Source: Candidatus Saccharimonadota bacterium (GTDB taxonomy: Bacteria; Pseudomonadota; Gammaproteobacteria; Enterobacterales; Enterobacteriaceae). Taken from it: a stretch of DNA of 32,000 nucleotides. Position numbers and translations under genes: made by a program. Every line of letters starts with the position of its first letter. Position 1 is the first letter of the stretch. Below are positions 10,117 to 22,092 of the stretch, in pieces. The stretch is from NCBI RefSeq assembly GCF_004296475.1, contig NZ_AP018162.1, forward strand, positions 90,001 through 122,000. The letters are read 5' to 3'. The notes under the pieces were generated by a model. That model ran no database searches. It saw only the letters and a list, made by a program, of their open reading frames with translations, and had not been told where the DNA came from.

Positions 10117-12219
10117 TTATATCTTAACATTAATTTTTTTTAATTCAATTATCTTTTTTTGATATTCATATGGAACTTCATTATATTTCAAAAATTTCAT
10201 TGAATATGAAGCTCTTCCTTGAGTTTTAGATCTTAATTCAGTAGAATAACCAAACATTTCTGATAATGGTACAAATGAATATATTTTATTATACATTAAA
10301 TTAGTTTCTATATTTTCTATTATCCCTCTTTTTTTATTGAGATCTCCAATAACATCTCCTATATATTCTTTAGGAGTTTCAATTTCAACACTCATTATAG
10401 GCTCTAATAATACAGGATTAGCTTTTAAAAAAGCTTCTCTAAAAGCTATTGATCCTGCAATTTTAAATGCTATTTCTGATGAATCAACTTCATGATATGA
10501 TCCATCATAACATGTAACTTTTATATTTATTATTGGATATCCTGCTAATATCCCACCTTTCATTTGCTCTTTAACTCCTTTATCTATAGCTGGAATATAT
10601 TCTTTTGGTATAACTCCACCAACTATTTTATTTATAAATTCATAAGTATTATTTCCATTTTTTATAGGTTCTATTTTTAAAAAAACATGACCAAATTGAC
10701 CTCTTCCACCAGTTTGTCTTATATATTTTCCTTCATGTTTAACAATTTTTTTTATAGTTTCTTTATATGCAACTTGAGGTTTACCTATTTTAGCGTTTAC
10801 ATTAAACTCCCTTTTCATTCTATCTACTAATATTTCTAAATGTAATTCTCCCATTCCAGATATTATAGTTTGATTTGTTTCTACATTTACATTTACATTA
10901 AAAGAAGGATCTTCCTGAGATAATTTATTTAAAGCAATACTCATTTTTTCTTGATCAATTTTTGTATTGGGTTCTATAGCTATTGAAATAACAGGATCAG
11001 GAAATTTTATTTTTTCTAATATTATAGGGTTATTAATATCACATAATGTATCTCCTGTAGAAACATCTTTTAAACCTATAGCTGCTACAATATCACCGGC
11101 AAATATTTCTTTTATTTCTAATCTTTTATTTGCATGCATTTGTACTATACGTCCTAATTTTTCTTTTTTTTTTTTATTAGAATTAAATATATAATCTCCA
11201 GTTTTAGCTTTTCCAGAGTATACTCTAATAAAAGTTAAATTTCCTACAAACGGATCAGAATATATTTTAAATACTAATGCAGTAAATGGATCTTCATATT
11301 TAGGATATCTTATTATATTATTTACTTTTATTGGAGGTATATCATTAGGTGATGGTAAAAAATCTATTATTGAATCTAAAACTGGTTGTATTCCTTTATT
11401 TTTAAAAGCAGAACCGCATAAAACAGGAATTATTTCATTATTTAATGTTTTTAATCTTAATCCATATTTAATTTCATATTCATTTAATGATCCTTTATTT
11501 ATATATTTATTTAATAATTCATCACAAGAATCTGCTGCTGTTTCAATTAATATATTTTTCAAATTAATTGAAATTTCTTTTAATTCATTTGGTATTTCAT
11601 CAGAAATTTTAACATTTACACCATAATCGTCGTTGTTCCAATATAATGATTTTAATCTTATAAGATCTACTATACCAACAAATTTATCTTCTGACCCTAT
11701 AGATAATTGTATTGGTATAGGATTAGATGATATCAATTTATTTTTTATTTGATCTATTACATTAAAAAAATTAGCTCCAACTCTATCCATTTTATTTATA
11801 AAAGCTATTCTAGGTATATTATATTTATTAACTTGTCTCCATACAGTTTCAGATTGAGGTTGTACACCTCCTACTGCGCAATATATCATTACTGCTCCAT
11901 CTAATATTCTCATAGATCTTTCTACTTCTACAGTAAAATCTACATGACCAGGAGTGTCTATAATATTTATTTTATATTTATCATTATTATATTGTCTAAA
12001 TAAACCTTCCCAAAAACAAGTAGTTGCAGCAGAAGTTATTGTTATCCCTCTTTCTTGTTCTTGTTCCATCCAATCCATAGTTGCTGATCCATAATGTACT
12101 TCTCCTAATTTTTTATTTATTCCTGTATATAATAAAACTCTTTCTGTAAATGTAGTTTTTCCAGCATCAATATGTGCACTTATTCCAATATTTCTATATT
12201 TATTTATTGGTATATTCAT
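10117..12219 (-). CDS. fusA: Translation elongation factor G
   Basis: [40 protein letters not shown] and FINKMDR are the G-domain motifs, and all five domains are alignable. I use the ATG at 12217..12219 ([10 protein letters not shown]). The track's start at 12228 is a GTG that would overlap the rpsG stop. Confidence 0.97.
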   Translation of the reverse strand: MNIPINKYRNIGISAHIDAGKTTFTERVLLYTGINKKLGEVHYGSATMDWMEQEQERGITITSAATTCFWEGLFRQYNNDKYKINIIDTPGHVDFTVEVERSMRILDGAVMIYCAVGGVQPQSETVWRQVNKYNIPRIAFINKMDRVGANFFNVIDQIKNKLISSNPIPIQLSIGSEDKFVGIVDLIRLKSLYWNNDDYGVNVKISDEIPNELKEISINLKNILIETAADSCDELLNKYINKGSLNEYEIKYGLRLKTLNNEIIPVLCGSAFKNKGIQPVLDSIIDFLPSPNDIPPIKVNNIIRYPKYEDPFTALVFKIYSDPFVGNLTFIRVYSGKAKTGDYIFNSNKKKKEKLGRIVQMHANKRLEIKEIFAGDIVAAIGLKDVSTGDTLCDINNPIILEKIKFPDPVISIAIEPNTKIDQEKMSIALNKLSQEDPSFNVNVNVETNQTIISGMGELHLEILVDRMKREFNVNAKIGKPQVAYKETIKKIVKHEGKYIRQTGGRGQFGHVFLKIEPIKNGNNTYEFINKIVGGVIPKEYIPAIDKGVKEQMKGGILAGYPIINIKVTCYDGSYHEVDSSEIAFKIAGSIAFREAFLKANPVLLEPIMSVEIETPKEYIGDVIGDLNKKRGIIENIETNLMYNKIYSFVPLSEMFGYSTELRSKTQGRASYSMKFLKYNEVPYEYQKKIIELKKINVKI

Positions 12220-12221
12220 TT

Positions 12222-12692
12222 TTACCACTTATAATGAGCAAATGCTTTATTAGATTCTGCTATTTTATATATTTCATCACGTTTTTTTATTGAAGACCCT
12301 TTATTTAAAAAAGCATCATTTAATTCATTTGATAACTTAATATTCATTGTTTTATCTATCTTTCTTTTTCTTGCAAATCTTATTATCCATCTAATAGCTA
12401 ATGTATAACTTCTATCTTCTTTTATTTCTATAGGTATTTGATATGTTGATCCTCCAACTCTTCTTGATTTTATTTCTAATAAAGGTTTTACATTATCTAT
12501 AGCTTTATTAAATATTTCTATTTCATTATTATTTATATTTTTCAATTTATATAAAGCAGAATATAATATATTCTGAGCTAAAGATTTTTTACCATTTAAC
12601 ATTAATATATTTATAAATTTAGATACTAATTTAGAATTATATTTAATATCAGGTAAAATATTATTTATTTTTTTTATTTTTCTACGAGACAT
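12222..12692 (-). CDS. rpsG: 30S ribosomal protein S7
   Basis: MSRRKIKK...[32 protein letters not shown]...[15 protein letters not shown]...NKAFAHYKW is full-length S7-like. Length is 156 aa. Confidence 0.96.
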   Translation of the reverse strand: MSRRKIKKINNILPDIKYNSKLVSKFINILMLNGKKSLAQNILYSALYKLKNINNNEIEIFNKAIDNVKPLLEIKSRRVGGSTYQIPIEIKEDRSYTLAIRWIIRFARKRKIDKTMNIKLSNELNDAFLNKGSSIKKRDEIYKIAESNKAFAHYKW

Positions 12693-12706
12693 AAAATTAA
12701 ATTATA

Positions 12707-13081
12707 TTAATTATTATTTTTTTTTGTTCCATATTTAGATCTACTTTTTTTTCTATTTTTTACTCCAGAACAATCTAATGTTCCTCTTACTACATGGTAT
12801 CTAACTCCTGGTAAATCTTTAACTCTTCCTCCTCTTATTAACACAGAAGAATGTTCTTGTAAATTATGCCCTTCTCCGCCTATATAAGCAGTAACTTCAA
12901 TACCATTAGTTAATTTAACCCTGCATATCTTTCTTAATGCTGAGTTAGGTTTTTTAGGAGTAGTAGTATATACTTTTAAACATATTCCTCTTTTTTGAGG
13001 ACATGAATTTAATGCAGGTACATTACTCTTGTATATTTTTTTTTTTCTTGATTTTTTTATTAATTGATTTATTGTTACCAT
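12707..13081 (-). CDS. rpsL: 30S ribosomal protein S12
   Basis: [11 protein letters not shown]...[74 protein letters not shown] is highly conserved S12. It starts 3 nt after the rpoC stop. Confidence 0.98.
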   Translation of the reverse strand: MVTINQLIKKSRKKKIYKSNVPALNSCPQKRGICLKVYTTTPKKPNSALRKICRVKLTNGIEVTAYIGGEGHNLQEHSSVLIRGGRVKDLPGVRYHVVRGTLDCSGVKNRKKSRSKYGTKKNNN

Positions 13082-13084
13082 ACT

Positions 13085-16000
13085 TTAAGATTTTGTTTTT
13101 TTATAATATTTATATCCAGTCCCTGCTGGTATTAATCTTCCTACTATTATATTTTCTTTTAATCCTTTTAATTTATCAATTTTACCAGATATAGATGATT
13201 CTGTTAATACTTTTGTTGTTTCTTGAAAAGAAGCGGATGATATAAATGAATCTGTTAATAAAGATGATTTAGTTATACCAATTAAATTATATTCAAATTT
13301 AACTAATTCTTTATTTTCATTTTTTAATTTTTTATTTATACTTCTTACATCATATAATTTAATTTGCTCTCCTTCTAATAAATTAGAATCACCTTTATTA
13401 ACTACAGTTACTTTTTTTAGCATCTGTTTTATTATTATTTCTATATGTTTATTATTTATTCTAACTCCTTGAAATTTATAAATTTCTTGAATATTATTTA
13501 TTATAAAACTAGTTAATGAATTAATTCCTTTTAATCTTAATATATCATGTAAAGATTGTTGACCATCTGATATTATATCACCTTTTTCTACTTTCTCTCC
13601 TTCAAAAACACTTAAATGTTTCCATTTTGGTATCATTTCTTCATATATTGAATCATTTTCATTTATTGGAACAATTGTTATTTTTTTTTTTCCTTTAGTT
13701 TCATCACCAAAATATATTATCCCAGTTTTTTCTGCTAATATAGCAGAATCTTTTATTTTTCTTGCTTCAAATAAATCTGATATTCTTGGTAATCCACCTG
13801 TTATATCTTTTATTTTACTAAAATCTTGAGGTATTTTAGCTATTATATCTCCCATGTATATAAAAGATTTATTTTTTATATGTACTATAGATTTAGGAGG
13901 TAAAAAATATCTATAATATGAAGTTTTATTTAGTTTTTCTTTTGTTATATTATTACTAATTATTTTTATCATAGGTCTTAATTCTTTATTAAGATTTTCT
14001 AATATAGTTATATATAACAATCCTGTCGATTCATCTTTTTTATATGTAAAAGTTTTTTCTTCTATCATATCAACAAATTCAATAATCCCATTAACTTCTG
14101 AAATTATAGGTATTGTATATAAATCCCAAACTGCAATAATTTCATTTTTTTTAACTATATCTTTATCTTTTTTTAAAATATAAGAACCATAAGGTGCTTT
14201 ATAAGTTTCTTTTATTCTTCCATTTGAATCTATTAACTTTAATTCAGTATTTCTTGATATTAATATATTTTTATTACTAGTATTTTTAATTATTTTATAA
14301 TTTATTAATTTTAATATTCCATCATTTTTAGATTTTATATTTGAATTCATATTAATTTTTGAAGCTGATCCTCCTACATGAAATGTTCTCATTGTAAGTT
14401 GTGTGCCAGGTTCTCCAATTGATTGAGCAGCTATAACACCTACAGCTTCTCCTATTTTTACTATTTCTCCTTTAGTTAAATCTATTCCATAACATAATGC
14501 ACATAATCCAAATTCTGATTCACATGTTATTGGAGATCTTATATATATATTCTCTATATATATATTTTTTATAACAATAAAATTATTAATATCTATTAAA
14601 TCATTTTTTTTTAATAATATATTATTATTAGAATCAAATATATCTTTAGATAAAACTCTACCAAAAATTTTATCTTTTAATACTTCTTTATTTTCATAAA
14701 AATTTAATATACAATTTATTTCTATTCCATTTTCAGTATTACAATTATATTCAGTTATAACTATATCTTGAGCGACATCAACTAATCTTCTAGTTAAATA
14801 TCCAGAATTTGCAGTTTTTAATGCAGTATCAGATAATCCTTTTCTAGCACCATGAGTTGATATAAAATATTCTAATATATTTAATCCTTCTTTAAAATTT
14901 GCTTTTATTGGTGTTTCAATTATATATCCATCTGGTTTTGACATTAATCCTCTCATACCAGAAATTTGTCTTACTTGATTAGAAGATCCTCTGGCTCCTG
15001 AGTCTATCATCATGAACATACTGTTAAAACTATTATTACTAATTTTTAATTTATTCATAACAAATTTTGATATATTTTCATTTACATTAGACCATATATC
15101 TATTACTTTATTATATTTTTCTTTATATGTTATTAATCCTAATTGATATTGATTTTGTATATTTTCTACTTCTATTTCTGTTTTTTCTATTATTTTTTTT
15201 TTGTTTTTAGGAATTATAAAATCATTCATATTTATAGATATTCCTGATTTCGTAGCGAATTTAAATCCTAAATACATCAAATCATCTACTAATTTAACTG
15301 TTTTATCTTTTCCTAAATTTATATAACATATATCAATTAATTTTAGTATATTAGTTTTGTTTAAAACTTTATTTATATAATTAAATTCAATCCCATTAGG
15401 AATTATATCCCATAAAATAATTCTACCAACAGTTGTTTTTACTGAATAAATATTTTCAATAAGATTATTATTATTATTTATATACTCTTTAATTTTAATA
15501 TTTATATTTTCATGTAATTTTATTTTTCCGGTATCATATAATTTTTTAACTTCATTAACATTATTAATAAAAATATTATTATCTTTATTTTCAATCTCTT
15601 TTGTCATATAATATATTCCTAATATTATATCTTTAGATGGAACTATAATTGGCTCTCCATTAGCAGGAGAAAGAATATTATTTGTAGACATCATTAAATT
15701 AATAGATTCATTTTTAGATTCTAATGTTAATGGTATATGTATAGCCATTTGATCTCCATCAAAATCTGCATTATAAGCTGTACAAACTAATGGATGCAAC
15801 TGTATAGATTTACCTTCTATTAATATAGGATAGAATGATTGTATACCTAATCTATGAAGAGTTGGAGCTCTATTTAATAAAATAGGATAGTTATTAACTA
15901 TATCCTCTAAAATATTCCAAACTATAAGCTCTTCATTTTCAACCATTTTTTTTGCTAATTTTATACTAGAACATATTCCTAATTTTTCTAATTTTCCATA

Positions 16001-17146
16001 TATAAACGGTTTAAATAATTCTAATGCCATTTTTTTAGGAATACCACATTGATTTAATTTTAAATTTGGTCCAACAGTTATTACTGATCTTCCAGAATAA
16101 TCAACTCTTTTTCCCAATAAATTTTGTCTAAATCTGCCTTGTTTTCCTTTTATCATATCAGATAATGATTTTAATTGTCTTCTTTTATTAGAAGATATTT
16201 TATTTTTTCTACCATTATCTAATAATGAATCAACAGCTTCTTGTAACATTCTTTTTTCATTTTTTATTATTATATCTGGAGCTGATAATTCAATTAATCT
16301 CTTTAATCTATTATTTCTATTTATTATTCTACGATATAAATCATTTAGATCTGATGTAGCAAACCTTCCTCCATCTATTGGAACAAGAGGTCTTAGATCT
16401 GGAGGTATAACAGGTAATACAGTTAAAATCATCCATTCAGGTTTATTATTTGATACTATAAATAATTTTATTAATTTTAATCTTTTATATATTTTTTTTT
16501 TTTTATTATCTGATATTTTTTTATTATTAAATTCATTAATTAATATATTATATTCATTATTTAAATTAATTTTTTTTAATAAGAAATATATCGCTTCTGC
16601 GCCTATTTTAGCATCAAATTCATCTCCATATTTCTCTATATATTTAAAATATTGATCTTCTGTTAAAATCTGATTAATTTTTAAATTTGTTGTTCCATTA
16701 TCAACTACTATATAGTTTTCAAAATATAATATTTTTTCTACATCTTTTAATGATATATCTAATAATAAACTTATCCTTGATGGCAAAGATTTTAAAAACC
16801 ATATATGAGCTATAGGAGATGACAATTCTATATGACCCATTCTATCTCTTCTAACTTTAGAAGAAATTATTTCTACACCACATTTTTCACATGTTATTCC
16901 TTTATATTTTATTTTTTTATATTTACCACATAAACATTCATAATCTTTTATAGGTCCAAAAATTTTAGCACAAAATAAACCATCTCTTTCTGGTTTAAAA
17001 GTTCTATAGTTTATAGTTTCTGGTTTTTTAACTTCTCCAAATGACCATGATCTTATTTTTTCTGGTGAAGCTAAAGATATTTTTATAGAATTAAATGTTT
17101 TATATGATAAATCTTTATTAAAGATATCATCAAATATATAATTCAC
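13085..17146 (-). CDS. rpoC: DNA-directed RNA polymerase subunit beta-prime
   Basis: 1353 aa. It has the zinc-binding [22 protein letters not shown], the catalytic [12 protein letters not shown], and the trigger-loop region [16 protein letters not shown] followed by an SI3-like insertion. The start codon is GTG at 17144..17146 (E. coli rpoC also starts with GTG), preceded by AGGAGA. Confidence 0.98.
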   Translation of the reverse strand: MNYIFDDIFNKDLSYKTFNSIKISLASPEKIRSWSFGEVKKPETINYRTFKPERDGLFCAKIFGPIKDYECLCGKYKKIKYKGITCEKCGVEIISSKVRRDRMGHIELSSPIAHIWFLKSLPSRISLLLDISLKDVEKILYFENYIVVDNGTTNLKINQILTEDQYFKYIEKYGDEFDAKIGAEAIYFLLKKINLNNEYNILINEFNNKKISDNKKKKIYKRLKLIKLFIVSNNKPEWMILTVLPVIPPDLRPLVPIDGGRFATSDLNDLYRRIINRNNRLKRLIELSAPDIIIKNEKRMLQEAVDSLLDNGRKNKISSNKRRQLKSLSDMIKGKQGRFRQNLLGKRVDYSGRSVITVGPNLKLNQCGIPKKMALELFKPFIYGKLEKLGICSSIKLAKKMVENEELIVWNILEDIVNNYPILLNRAPTLHRLGIQSFYPILIEGKSIQLHPLVCTAYNADFDGDQMAIHIPLTLESKNESINLMMSTNNILSPANGEPIIVPSKDIILGIYYMTKEIENKDNNIFINNVNEVKKLYDTGKIKLHENINIKIKEYINNNNNLIENIYSVKTTVGRIILWDIIPNGIEFNYINKVLNKTNILKLIDICYINLGKDKTVKLVDDLMYLGFKFATKSGISINMNDFIIPKNKKKIIEKTEIEVENIQNQYQLGLITYKEKYNKVIDIWSNVNENISKFVMNKLKISNNSFNSMFMMIDSGARGSSNQVRQISGMRGLMSKPDGYIIETPIKANFKEGLNILEYFISTHGARKGLSDTALKTANSGYLTRRLVDVAQDIVITEYNCNTENGIEINCILNFYENKEVLKDKIFGRVLSKDIFDSNNNILLKKNDLIDINNFIVIKNIYIENIYIRSPITCESEFGLCALCYGIDLTKGEIVKIGEAVGVIAAQSIGEPGTQLTMRTFHVGGSASKINMNSNIKSKNDGILKLINYKIIKNTSNKNILISRNTELKLIDSNGRIKETYKAPYGSYILKKDKDIVKKNEIIAVWDLYTIPIISEVNGIIEFVDMIEEKTFTYKKDESTGLLYITILENLNKELRPMIKIISNNITKEKLNKTSYYRYFLPPKSIVHIKNKSFIYMGDIIAKIPQDFSKIKDITGGLPRISDLFEARKIKDSAILAEKTGIIYFGDETKGKKKITIVPINENDSIYEEMIPKWKHLSVFEGEKVEKGDIISDGQQSLHDILRLKGINSLTSFIINNIQEIYKFQGVRINNKHIEIIIKQMLKKVTVVNKGDSNLLEGEQIKLYDVRSINKKLKNENKELVKFEYNLIGITKSSLLTDSFISSASFQETTKVLTESSISGKIDKLKGLKENIIVGRLIPAGTGYKYYKKTKS

Positions 17147-17150
17147 AGTA

Positions 17151-17156
17151 TCTCCT
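17151..17156 (-). promoter_or_regulatory. Shine-Dalgarno AGGAGA for rpoC
   Basis: The minus strand reads AGGAGA TACT GTG. This is a perfect SD core 4 nt from the GTG start, within the 41-nt rpoB-rpoC spacer. Confidence 0.8.
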
Positions 17157-17187
17157 AAAATTAATATAAATAAAATTTAAAATAAAA

Positions 17188-20100
17188 TTATTCTTCATCA
17201 TTTTTTAATTCTATATCTATACATAATGATTTTATTTCTTTTAATAAAACATTAAAAGATTCTGGTATATAAGGTTCCATATAATATTTACCATTTATTA
17301 TATTTTTATATATATTTGTTCTACCATTTATATCATCAGATTTAACAGTTAACATTTCTTGCAAAGTATAAGCAGCTCCATATGCTTCTAAAGCCCAAAC
17401 TTCCATTTCTCCAAATCTTTGACCTCCAAATTGTGATTTACCGCCTAAAGGCTGTTGTGTTATTAAACTATATGATCCAGTAGATCTGGCATGTATTTTA
17501 TCATCAACAAGATGATTTAATTTCATAACATACATATATCCAACAGTTATTTTTCTATCAAATTTTTCTCCTGTACACCCATCAAATAAATCTATCTGAC
17601 CTGATTCATTTATATTTGCAAATTTTAATATTTCTTTTATTTCTTCTTCTTTAGCTCCATCAAAAACAGGTGTTGATATAGGCAAGCCTTCTATTAAATT
17701 ATTAGATAGTAATAATATTTCTTCATCAGAAAATTTATCTAAATCTATATTATTAATATTATTATTTAAATTATAAACATTTTTTAGATAATTTCTTATT
17801 TTATAAATTTCTTCATTATTATTTATTAATTTTTTTATTATATTACCTATTTCTTTTGCGGCATTACCTAAATAGACTTCTAAAATTTGACCTATATTCA
17901 TTCTTGATGGAACTCCTAAAGGATTTAAAACAATATCAACCACATTTCCATTTATATCATAAGGCATATCTTCTATAGGACATATTTTAGATACAACTCC
18001 TTTATTACCATGTCTTCCTGACATTTTATCACCAAGTTGAATTTGTTTTTTTGTCGCTATATATATTTTAACTATTTTTAATATTCCTGGTGATAATTCA
18101 TTAGATTTATTTATTTTTTTATATTCTAATTCTATATATTTATTATTTTCATTTTCTAAATTATTGAATTTATTTATTAATAGTTCTAAATATATTTTAT
18201 TTTTAATATCATTTATATTTATATTTATTTTTTTATTAATATTAGTTATTTCATCATAATTTGAATATTTTAATATTTTATTTATTTTTTTTAATAATAA
18301 TAATTTTAATATTTTTGTTTTATTATTTATATCTTCTTTTATTTTATTTTTTTCTTGATCTAATATAGAGTTATTTTTCTTTAAATTATTTTTAAAAAAT
18401 ATTTGTACATCTATAACAGTTCCATACATCCCGTTAGGGACTCTAAGTGATGTATCTTTAATGTTTGAAGCTTTATCTCCAAATATAGCTTTTAATAATT
18501 TTTCCTCTGGAGATAATTGAGTTTCATCTTTCGGAGTTATTTTTCCTACTAATATATCTCCTTCAGATACATACGATCCTATGCTAATTATTCCATTTTC
18601 ATCTAACTTAGATAATAATTTATAATCTATATTAGGTATATCAGATGTTATCTCTTCATTTCCTAATCTTGTATCTCTTACTGTACAAATTAATTCTTGT
18701 ATATGTATACTAGTAAATTTATTTTTATTTACTAATCTTTCTGAAATTAATATAGAATCTTCAAAATTATATCCATTCCATATCATAAAAGCTACTCTTA
18801 AATTTTGACCTAATGATAATTCTCCTAAATTTGTTGATTGATTATCTGCTATAACATCTCCAAATTTTACTTTACTATTTAATTCTATACATGGTGTTTG
18901 ATTTATACATGTATTTTGATTTGTTTTACTAAATTTATTTAGTTCATAAATATCAATTCCTAAATCATCATTATTATATATTTCACTTTTATCTACATTT
19001 ATAAATATATATTTTGAATCTAAATATGAAACTATACCGCTTCTATTAGCTAATATTATCGCTCCTGAGTCTTCTGCTACTATTCTTTCCATCCCAGTTC
19101 CTATTATAGGATATTCTGGTTTAATTATAGGAACAGCTTGTCTTTGCATATTAGCCCCCATTAAAGCTCTATTTGCATCATCATGTTCTAAAAATGGGAT
19201 TAATGATGCTCCAACAGATACTATTTGTTGATTTGATATATCTATATAATCAATTTCTTTTTTATAAAAATAATTAAATTCACCTTTATTTCTGCAAATA
19301 ATATAATTATCTATTATATTATTATTTATATCTAATTTAGTATCAGCTTGAGCTATTTTAAAATTATATTCTTCTATTGAAGATAAATATATTATATTAT
19401 TAGTAACTAATCCATTTTTTACTATTTTATATGGAGTTTCTAGAAATCCATATTCATTTGTTCTTGCATATATTGATAAAGAATTTATTAAACCTATATT
19501 AGGCCCTTCAGGAGTTTCTATAGGGCATAATTTTCCATAATAAGTAGGATGTACATCTCTTATTTCAAAACTTGCTCTTTCTTTTGTTAAACCTCCAGGA
19601 CCTAATGTTGATATTCTTCTTTTATGAGTTATTTCTGACAATGGATTATTTTGATCCATAAATTGAGATAATTGACTAGAAGTAAAAAATTCTTTTATAA
19701 TTGATGATATTGGTTTAGAATTTATTATATCTTGTGGATTTATTAAATCTATATTACTTATTAATGATATTTTTTCTTTTATTATTTTTTCTAATCTAGA
19801 TATTCCAATTCTAAATTGATTTTCAATCATTTCTCCTACTAATCTAACCCTTCTATTACTTAGACTATCTATATCATCTAAAAAATCTTTTCCATTTTTT
19901 ATATTTATTAATTTTTTTATTATATCAATAATATCTTTTTTATCTATAATTTTTTCTCCTTCTTTATTATTTCTATTTAAAGACATATTTATTTTCATTC
20001 TACCTACTTCTGATAAATTATATTTATCTTTAGAAAAAAATATATTTTTAAATGATTTTTTTATAGAGTCATCAGTAGATAATTCTCCAGGTTTTATTAT

Positions 20101-21189
20101 TTTATATATTTCTTTTATAGCACTTATTTCATCAAATGTATTATCTATATTTAATGTATTAGATATATAGTTTTTACTTTTATCATTAAAAATTATTTCT
20201 ATAATATTTATATTTTCTTTTATTAAAATATCTATATTTAACTTATCTATTATTTGATTTGCTAATATTATTATATTTCCATATTTATCATAATAATTTT
20301 TATATGATATTTTATTTAATATAAAATCAATATTTAATTTAGTTTTTATTATATTTTTTTTCTTTAACTCTTCTATATTATTTAATAAAATATTTTTACC
20401 TTTTTTAAAAAAAATACTATCTTCATATATTATATCAAATGGTAATATTTCGTTTAATATATCTTCATATATTATATCTATTTCTATATAAGAACTATTT
20501 ATAATATTAATATTTATTTTTTTTTCAAATAAATTTATTATATTTTCATTAGAAAATTTTAAAGCATGTAACAATATTGTTACTGGTAATTTTTTTTTCC
20601 TATCTATCCTAAAAAATAAATTATCTTTAATATCAAATTCAAAATCTAACCATGATCCTCTATAAGGAATTATTCTAGCATTATATAATACTTTATTTAA
20701 TTGATTTTTATCTTTTATTTTATTAAAAAAAACTCCAGGGCTTCTATGTAATTGAGATACTATAACTCTTTCTGTTCCATTTATTATAAATGATCCATTT
20801 TCTGTCATTATTGGGATATCACATATATAAACTTCTTGAAATTTTGAATCTATTACTTTATTACTATTTATTTCGTAATTAATTAAATTTAATTTAATTT
20901 TTAATTGAGATAAAAAAGTTAATCCTTTTATTTTACATTCTATTATATTAAATATAGGCTCGTCTAATTTATAATCTATATATTTTAATTCTATACTTTT
21001 ATTGTAATTTATTATAGGAAAAAAAGATTTTAATACAGAATTTATACCATAGTTATTATTTTTATAATTAAAATCTATAAATTTTTTAAATGATTCTTTT
21101 TGAATATATAATAAATTAGGAACATCTAAAATTTTAGTAAATTTACTAAAATTTTTCCTTATTCTTTTTATGTTATATAAATATACCAT
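17188..21189 (-). CDS. rpoB: DNA-directed RNA polymerase subunit beta
   Basis: 1333 aa. [16 protein letters not shown] parallels E. coli MVYSYTEKKRIRKDFGK. Also present are [54 protein letters not shown] and [33 protein letters not shown]. Confidence 0.98.
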   Translation of the reverse strand: MVYLYNIKRIRKNFSKFTKILDVPNLLYIQKESFKKFIDFNYKNNNYGINSVLKSFFPIINYNKSIELKYIDYKLDEPIFNIIECKIKGLTFLSQLKIKLNLINYEINSNKVIDSKFQEVYICDIPIMTENGSFIINGTERVIVSQLHRSPGVFFNKIKDKNQLNKVLYNARIIPYRGSWLDFEFDIKDNLFFRIDRKKKLPVTILLHALKFSNENIINLFEKKININIINSSYIEIDIIYEDILNEILPFDIIYEDSIFFKKGKNILLNNIEELKKKNIIKTKLNIDFILNKISYKNYYDKYGNIIILANQIIDKLNIDILIKENINIIEIIFNDKSKNYISNTLNIDNTFDEISAIKEIYKIIKPGELSTDDSIKKSFKNIFFSKDKYNLSEVGRMKINMSLNRNNKEGEKIIDKKDIIDIIKKLINIKNGKDFLDDIDSLSNRRVRLVGEMIENQFRIGISRLEKIIKEKISLISNIDLINPQDIINSKPISSIIKEFFTSSQLSQFMDQNNPLSEITHKRRISTLGPGGLTKERASFEIRDVHPTYYGKLCPIETPEGPNIGLINSLSIYARTNEYGFLETPYKIVKNGLVTNNIIYLSSIEEYNFKIAQADTKLDINNNIIDNYIICRNKGEFNYFYKKEIDYIDISNQQIVSVGASLIPFLEHDDANRALMGANMQRQAVPIIKPEYPIIGTGMERIVAEDSGAIILANRSGIVSYLDSKYIFINVDKSEIYNNDDLGIDIYELNKFSKTNQNTCINQTPCIELNSKVKFGDVIADNQSTNLGELSLGQNLRVAFMIWNGYNFEDSILISERLVNKNKFTSIHIQELICTVRDTRLGNEEITSDIPNIDYKLLSKLDENGIISIGSYVSEGDILVGKITPKDETQLSPEEKLLKAIFGDKASNIKDTSLRVPNGMYGTVIDVQIFFKNNLKKNNSILDQEKNKIKEDINNKTKILKLLLLKKINKILKYSNYDEITNINKKINININDIKNKIYLELLINKFNNLENENNKYIELEYKKINKSNELSPGILKIVKIYIATKKQIQLGDKMSGRHGNKGVVSKICPIEDMPYDINGNVVDIVLNPLGVPSRMNIGQILEVYLGNAAKEIGNIIKKLINNNEEIYKIRNYLKNVYNLNNNINNIDLDKFSDEEILLLSNNLIEGLPISTPVFDGAKEEEIKEILKFANINESGQIDLFDGCTGEKFDRKITVGYMYVMKLNHLVDDKIHARSTGSYSLITQQPLGGKSQFGGQRFGEMEVWALEAYGAAYTLQEMLTVKSDDINGRTNIYKNIINGKYYMEPYIPESFNVLLKEIKSLCIDIELKNDEE

Positions 21190-21214
21190 GATTTTTTTTT
21201 GTTAAAAATAAAAT

Positions 21215-21583
21215 TTATTCTAAATCTACATTTGCTCCAGATTCTTCTAATATTTTTTTTATATTTTCAGCATCTATTTTAGATACCTTTTCCTTTATTT
21301 TTACTGGAACTGATTCTACTAAATCTTTAGATTCTTTTAATCCTAAATTTAATATAGATCTAATAGATTTTATTACAGATATTTTATTTGTTCCTATAGA
21401 TTTTAATATAATATTGAAATCATTTTTTTCTAATATCTTTTCTTCTTTATCATTTTCTTTTAATGTAGAAATATTTGATAAAGATATAGAAAATTTTTTT
21501 TCAATCATTAATATAAGATCATTTATATCTAAAATTGACATTCTAGATATTTCATCTAAAATTTCTTCTTTACTTAAAGACAT
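21215..21583 (-). CDS. rplL: 50S ribosomal protein L7/L12
   Basis: The N-terminal dimerisation segment is KEEILDEISRMSILDINDLILMIEKKF. The C-terminal domain is KISVIKSIRSILNLGLKESKDLVESVP. Length is 122 aa. It is preceded by AGGAG. Confidence 0.95.
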   Translation of the reverse strand: MSLSKEEILDEISRMSILDINDLILMIEKKFSISLSNISTLKENDKEEKILEKNDFNIILKSIGTNKISVIKSIRSILNLGLKESKDLVESVPVKIKEKVSKIDAENIKKILEESGANVDLE

Positions 21584-22081
21584 TTATAACTCCTGATTAG
21601 ATTTTATTTTTAATAATTTTTTTAATATATTATATAAATTTAATATAGATTTTTCTTTTAATATAAAAATTAATTTATTTAATAATTCTTTATAAGTTAA
21701 AATATTACATATGTATTTTATATTATCACCCTCATATATTTTTCCATTAAAACATATTAATTTTATGTATTCTATATTTTTTTTATATTCATAAAATATT
21801 TTTAATGGTAAATTAAAATCTATATTATAACTTAATAATATTATATTACTATTTTTTATTTTATTTTTTAAAAAACTAAATGGACTTTCATTTAAAGCTA
21901 TATTTAACATATTATTTTTTATTATAAAAATACCTATATTATTTTTGTAAAAAATTTTTCTTAAATTATTTATGTCATTGGTTTTTATATTATTAAGATT
22001 AATTAAAGAAATAGATGTAGATTTATTTAATAAAATACTAATTTTATTTACTATAATTTTTTTTTTATCAATTTTTATCAT
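21584..22081 (-). CDS. rplJ: 50S ribosomal protein L10
   Basis: 165 aa, between rplA and rplL. The N-terminal pattern KKKIIVNKISILLNKSTSISLINLNNIKTNDINNLRKIFYKNNIGIFIIKNNML parallels E. coli [54 protein letters not shown]. The remainder is diverged. Confidence 0.87.
   Translation of the reverse strand: MIKIDKKKIIVNKISILLNKSTSISLINLNNIKTNDINNLRKIFYKNNIGIFIIKNNMLNIALNESPFSFLKNKIKNSNIILLSYNIDFNLPLKIFYEYKKNIEYIKLICFNGKIYEGDNIKYICNILTYKELLNKLIFILKEKSILNLYNILKKLLKIKSNQEL
21590..21594 (-). promoter_or_regulatory. Shine-Dalgarno AGGAG for rplL, embedded in the last codons of rplJ
   Basis: The minus strand reads AAT CAG GAG TTA TAA ATG. AGGAG is followed by a 6-nt spacer containing the rplJ TAA stop, then the rplL ATG. 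Confidence 0.8.
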
Positions 22082-22092
22082 AAATATATTAA

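Noticed and set aside
10967-11194. 75-aa plus-strand ORF
   Set aside because: It is antisense to the middle of fusA, whose minus-strand frame is unambiguous. It is a shadow ORF.
12220-12228. Track start of fusA at 12228, and the similar upstream extensions of rplE (4664) and rpsJ (10130)
   Set aside because: The 12228 start is GTG and the 4664 start is TTG. In each case a downstream ATG aligns better with E. coli N-termini and removes or shrinks the overlap with the preceding gene. The longer forms cannot be excluded without N-terminal proteomics.
13003-13194. 63-aa plus-strand ORF spanning the rpsL/rpoC junction
   Set aside because: It is antisense to two strongly conserved genes. Its product is an L/I/F-rich string with no motif.
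18100-18400. Low-complexity N/K/I-rich block inside rpoB, and the comparable block in rpoC around 14000..14400, considered as possible insertions of foreign sequence
   Set aside because: They lie where gammaproteobacterial beta and beta-prime carry their lineage-specific, dispensable sequence insertions (the beta SI2-type region and beta-prime SI3 in the trigger loop). The flanking conserved motifs are in register. They are diverged native insertions, not novel ones.
21414-21596. 60-aa plus-strand ORF
   Set aside because: It is antisense to rplL. It is a shadow ORF.
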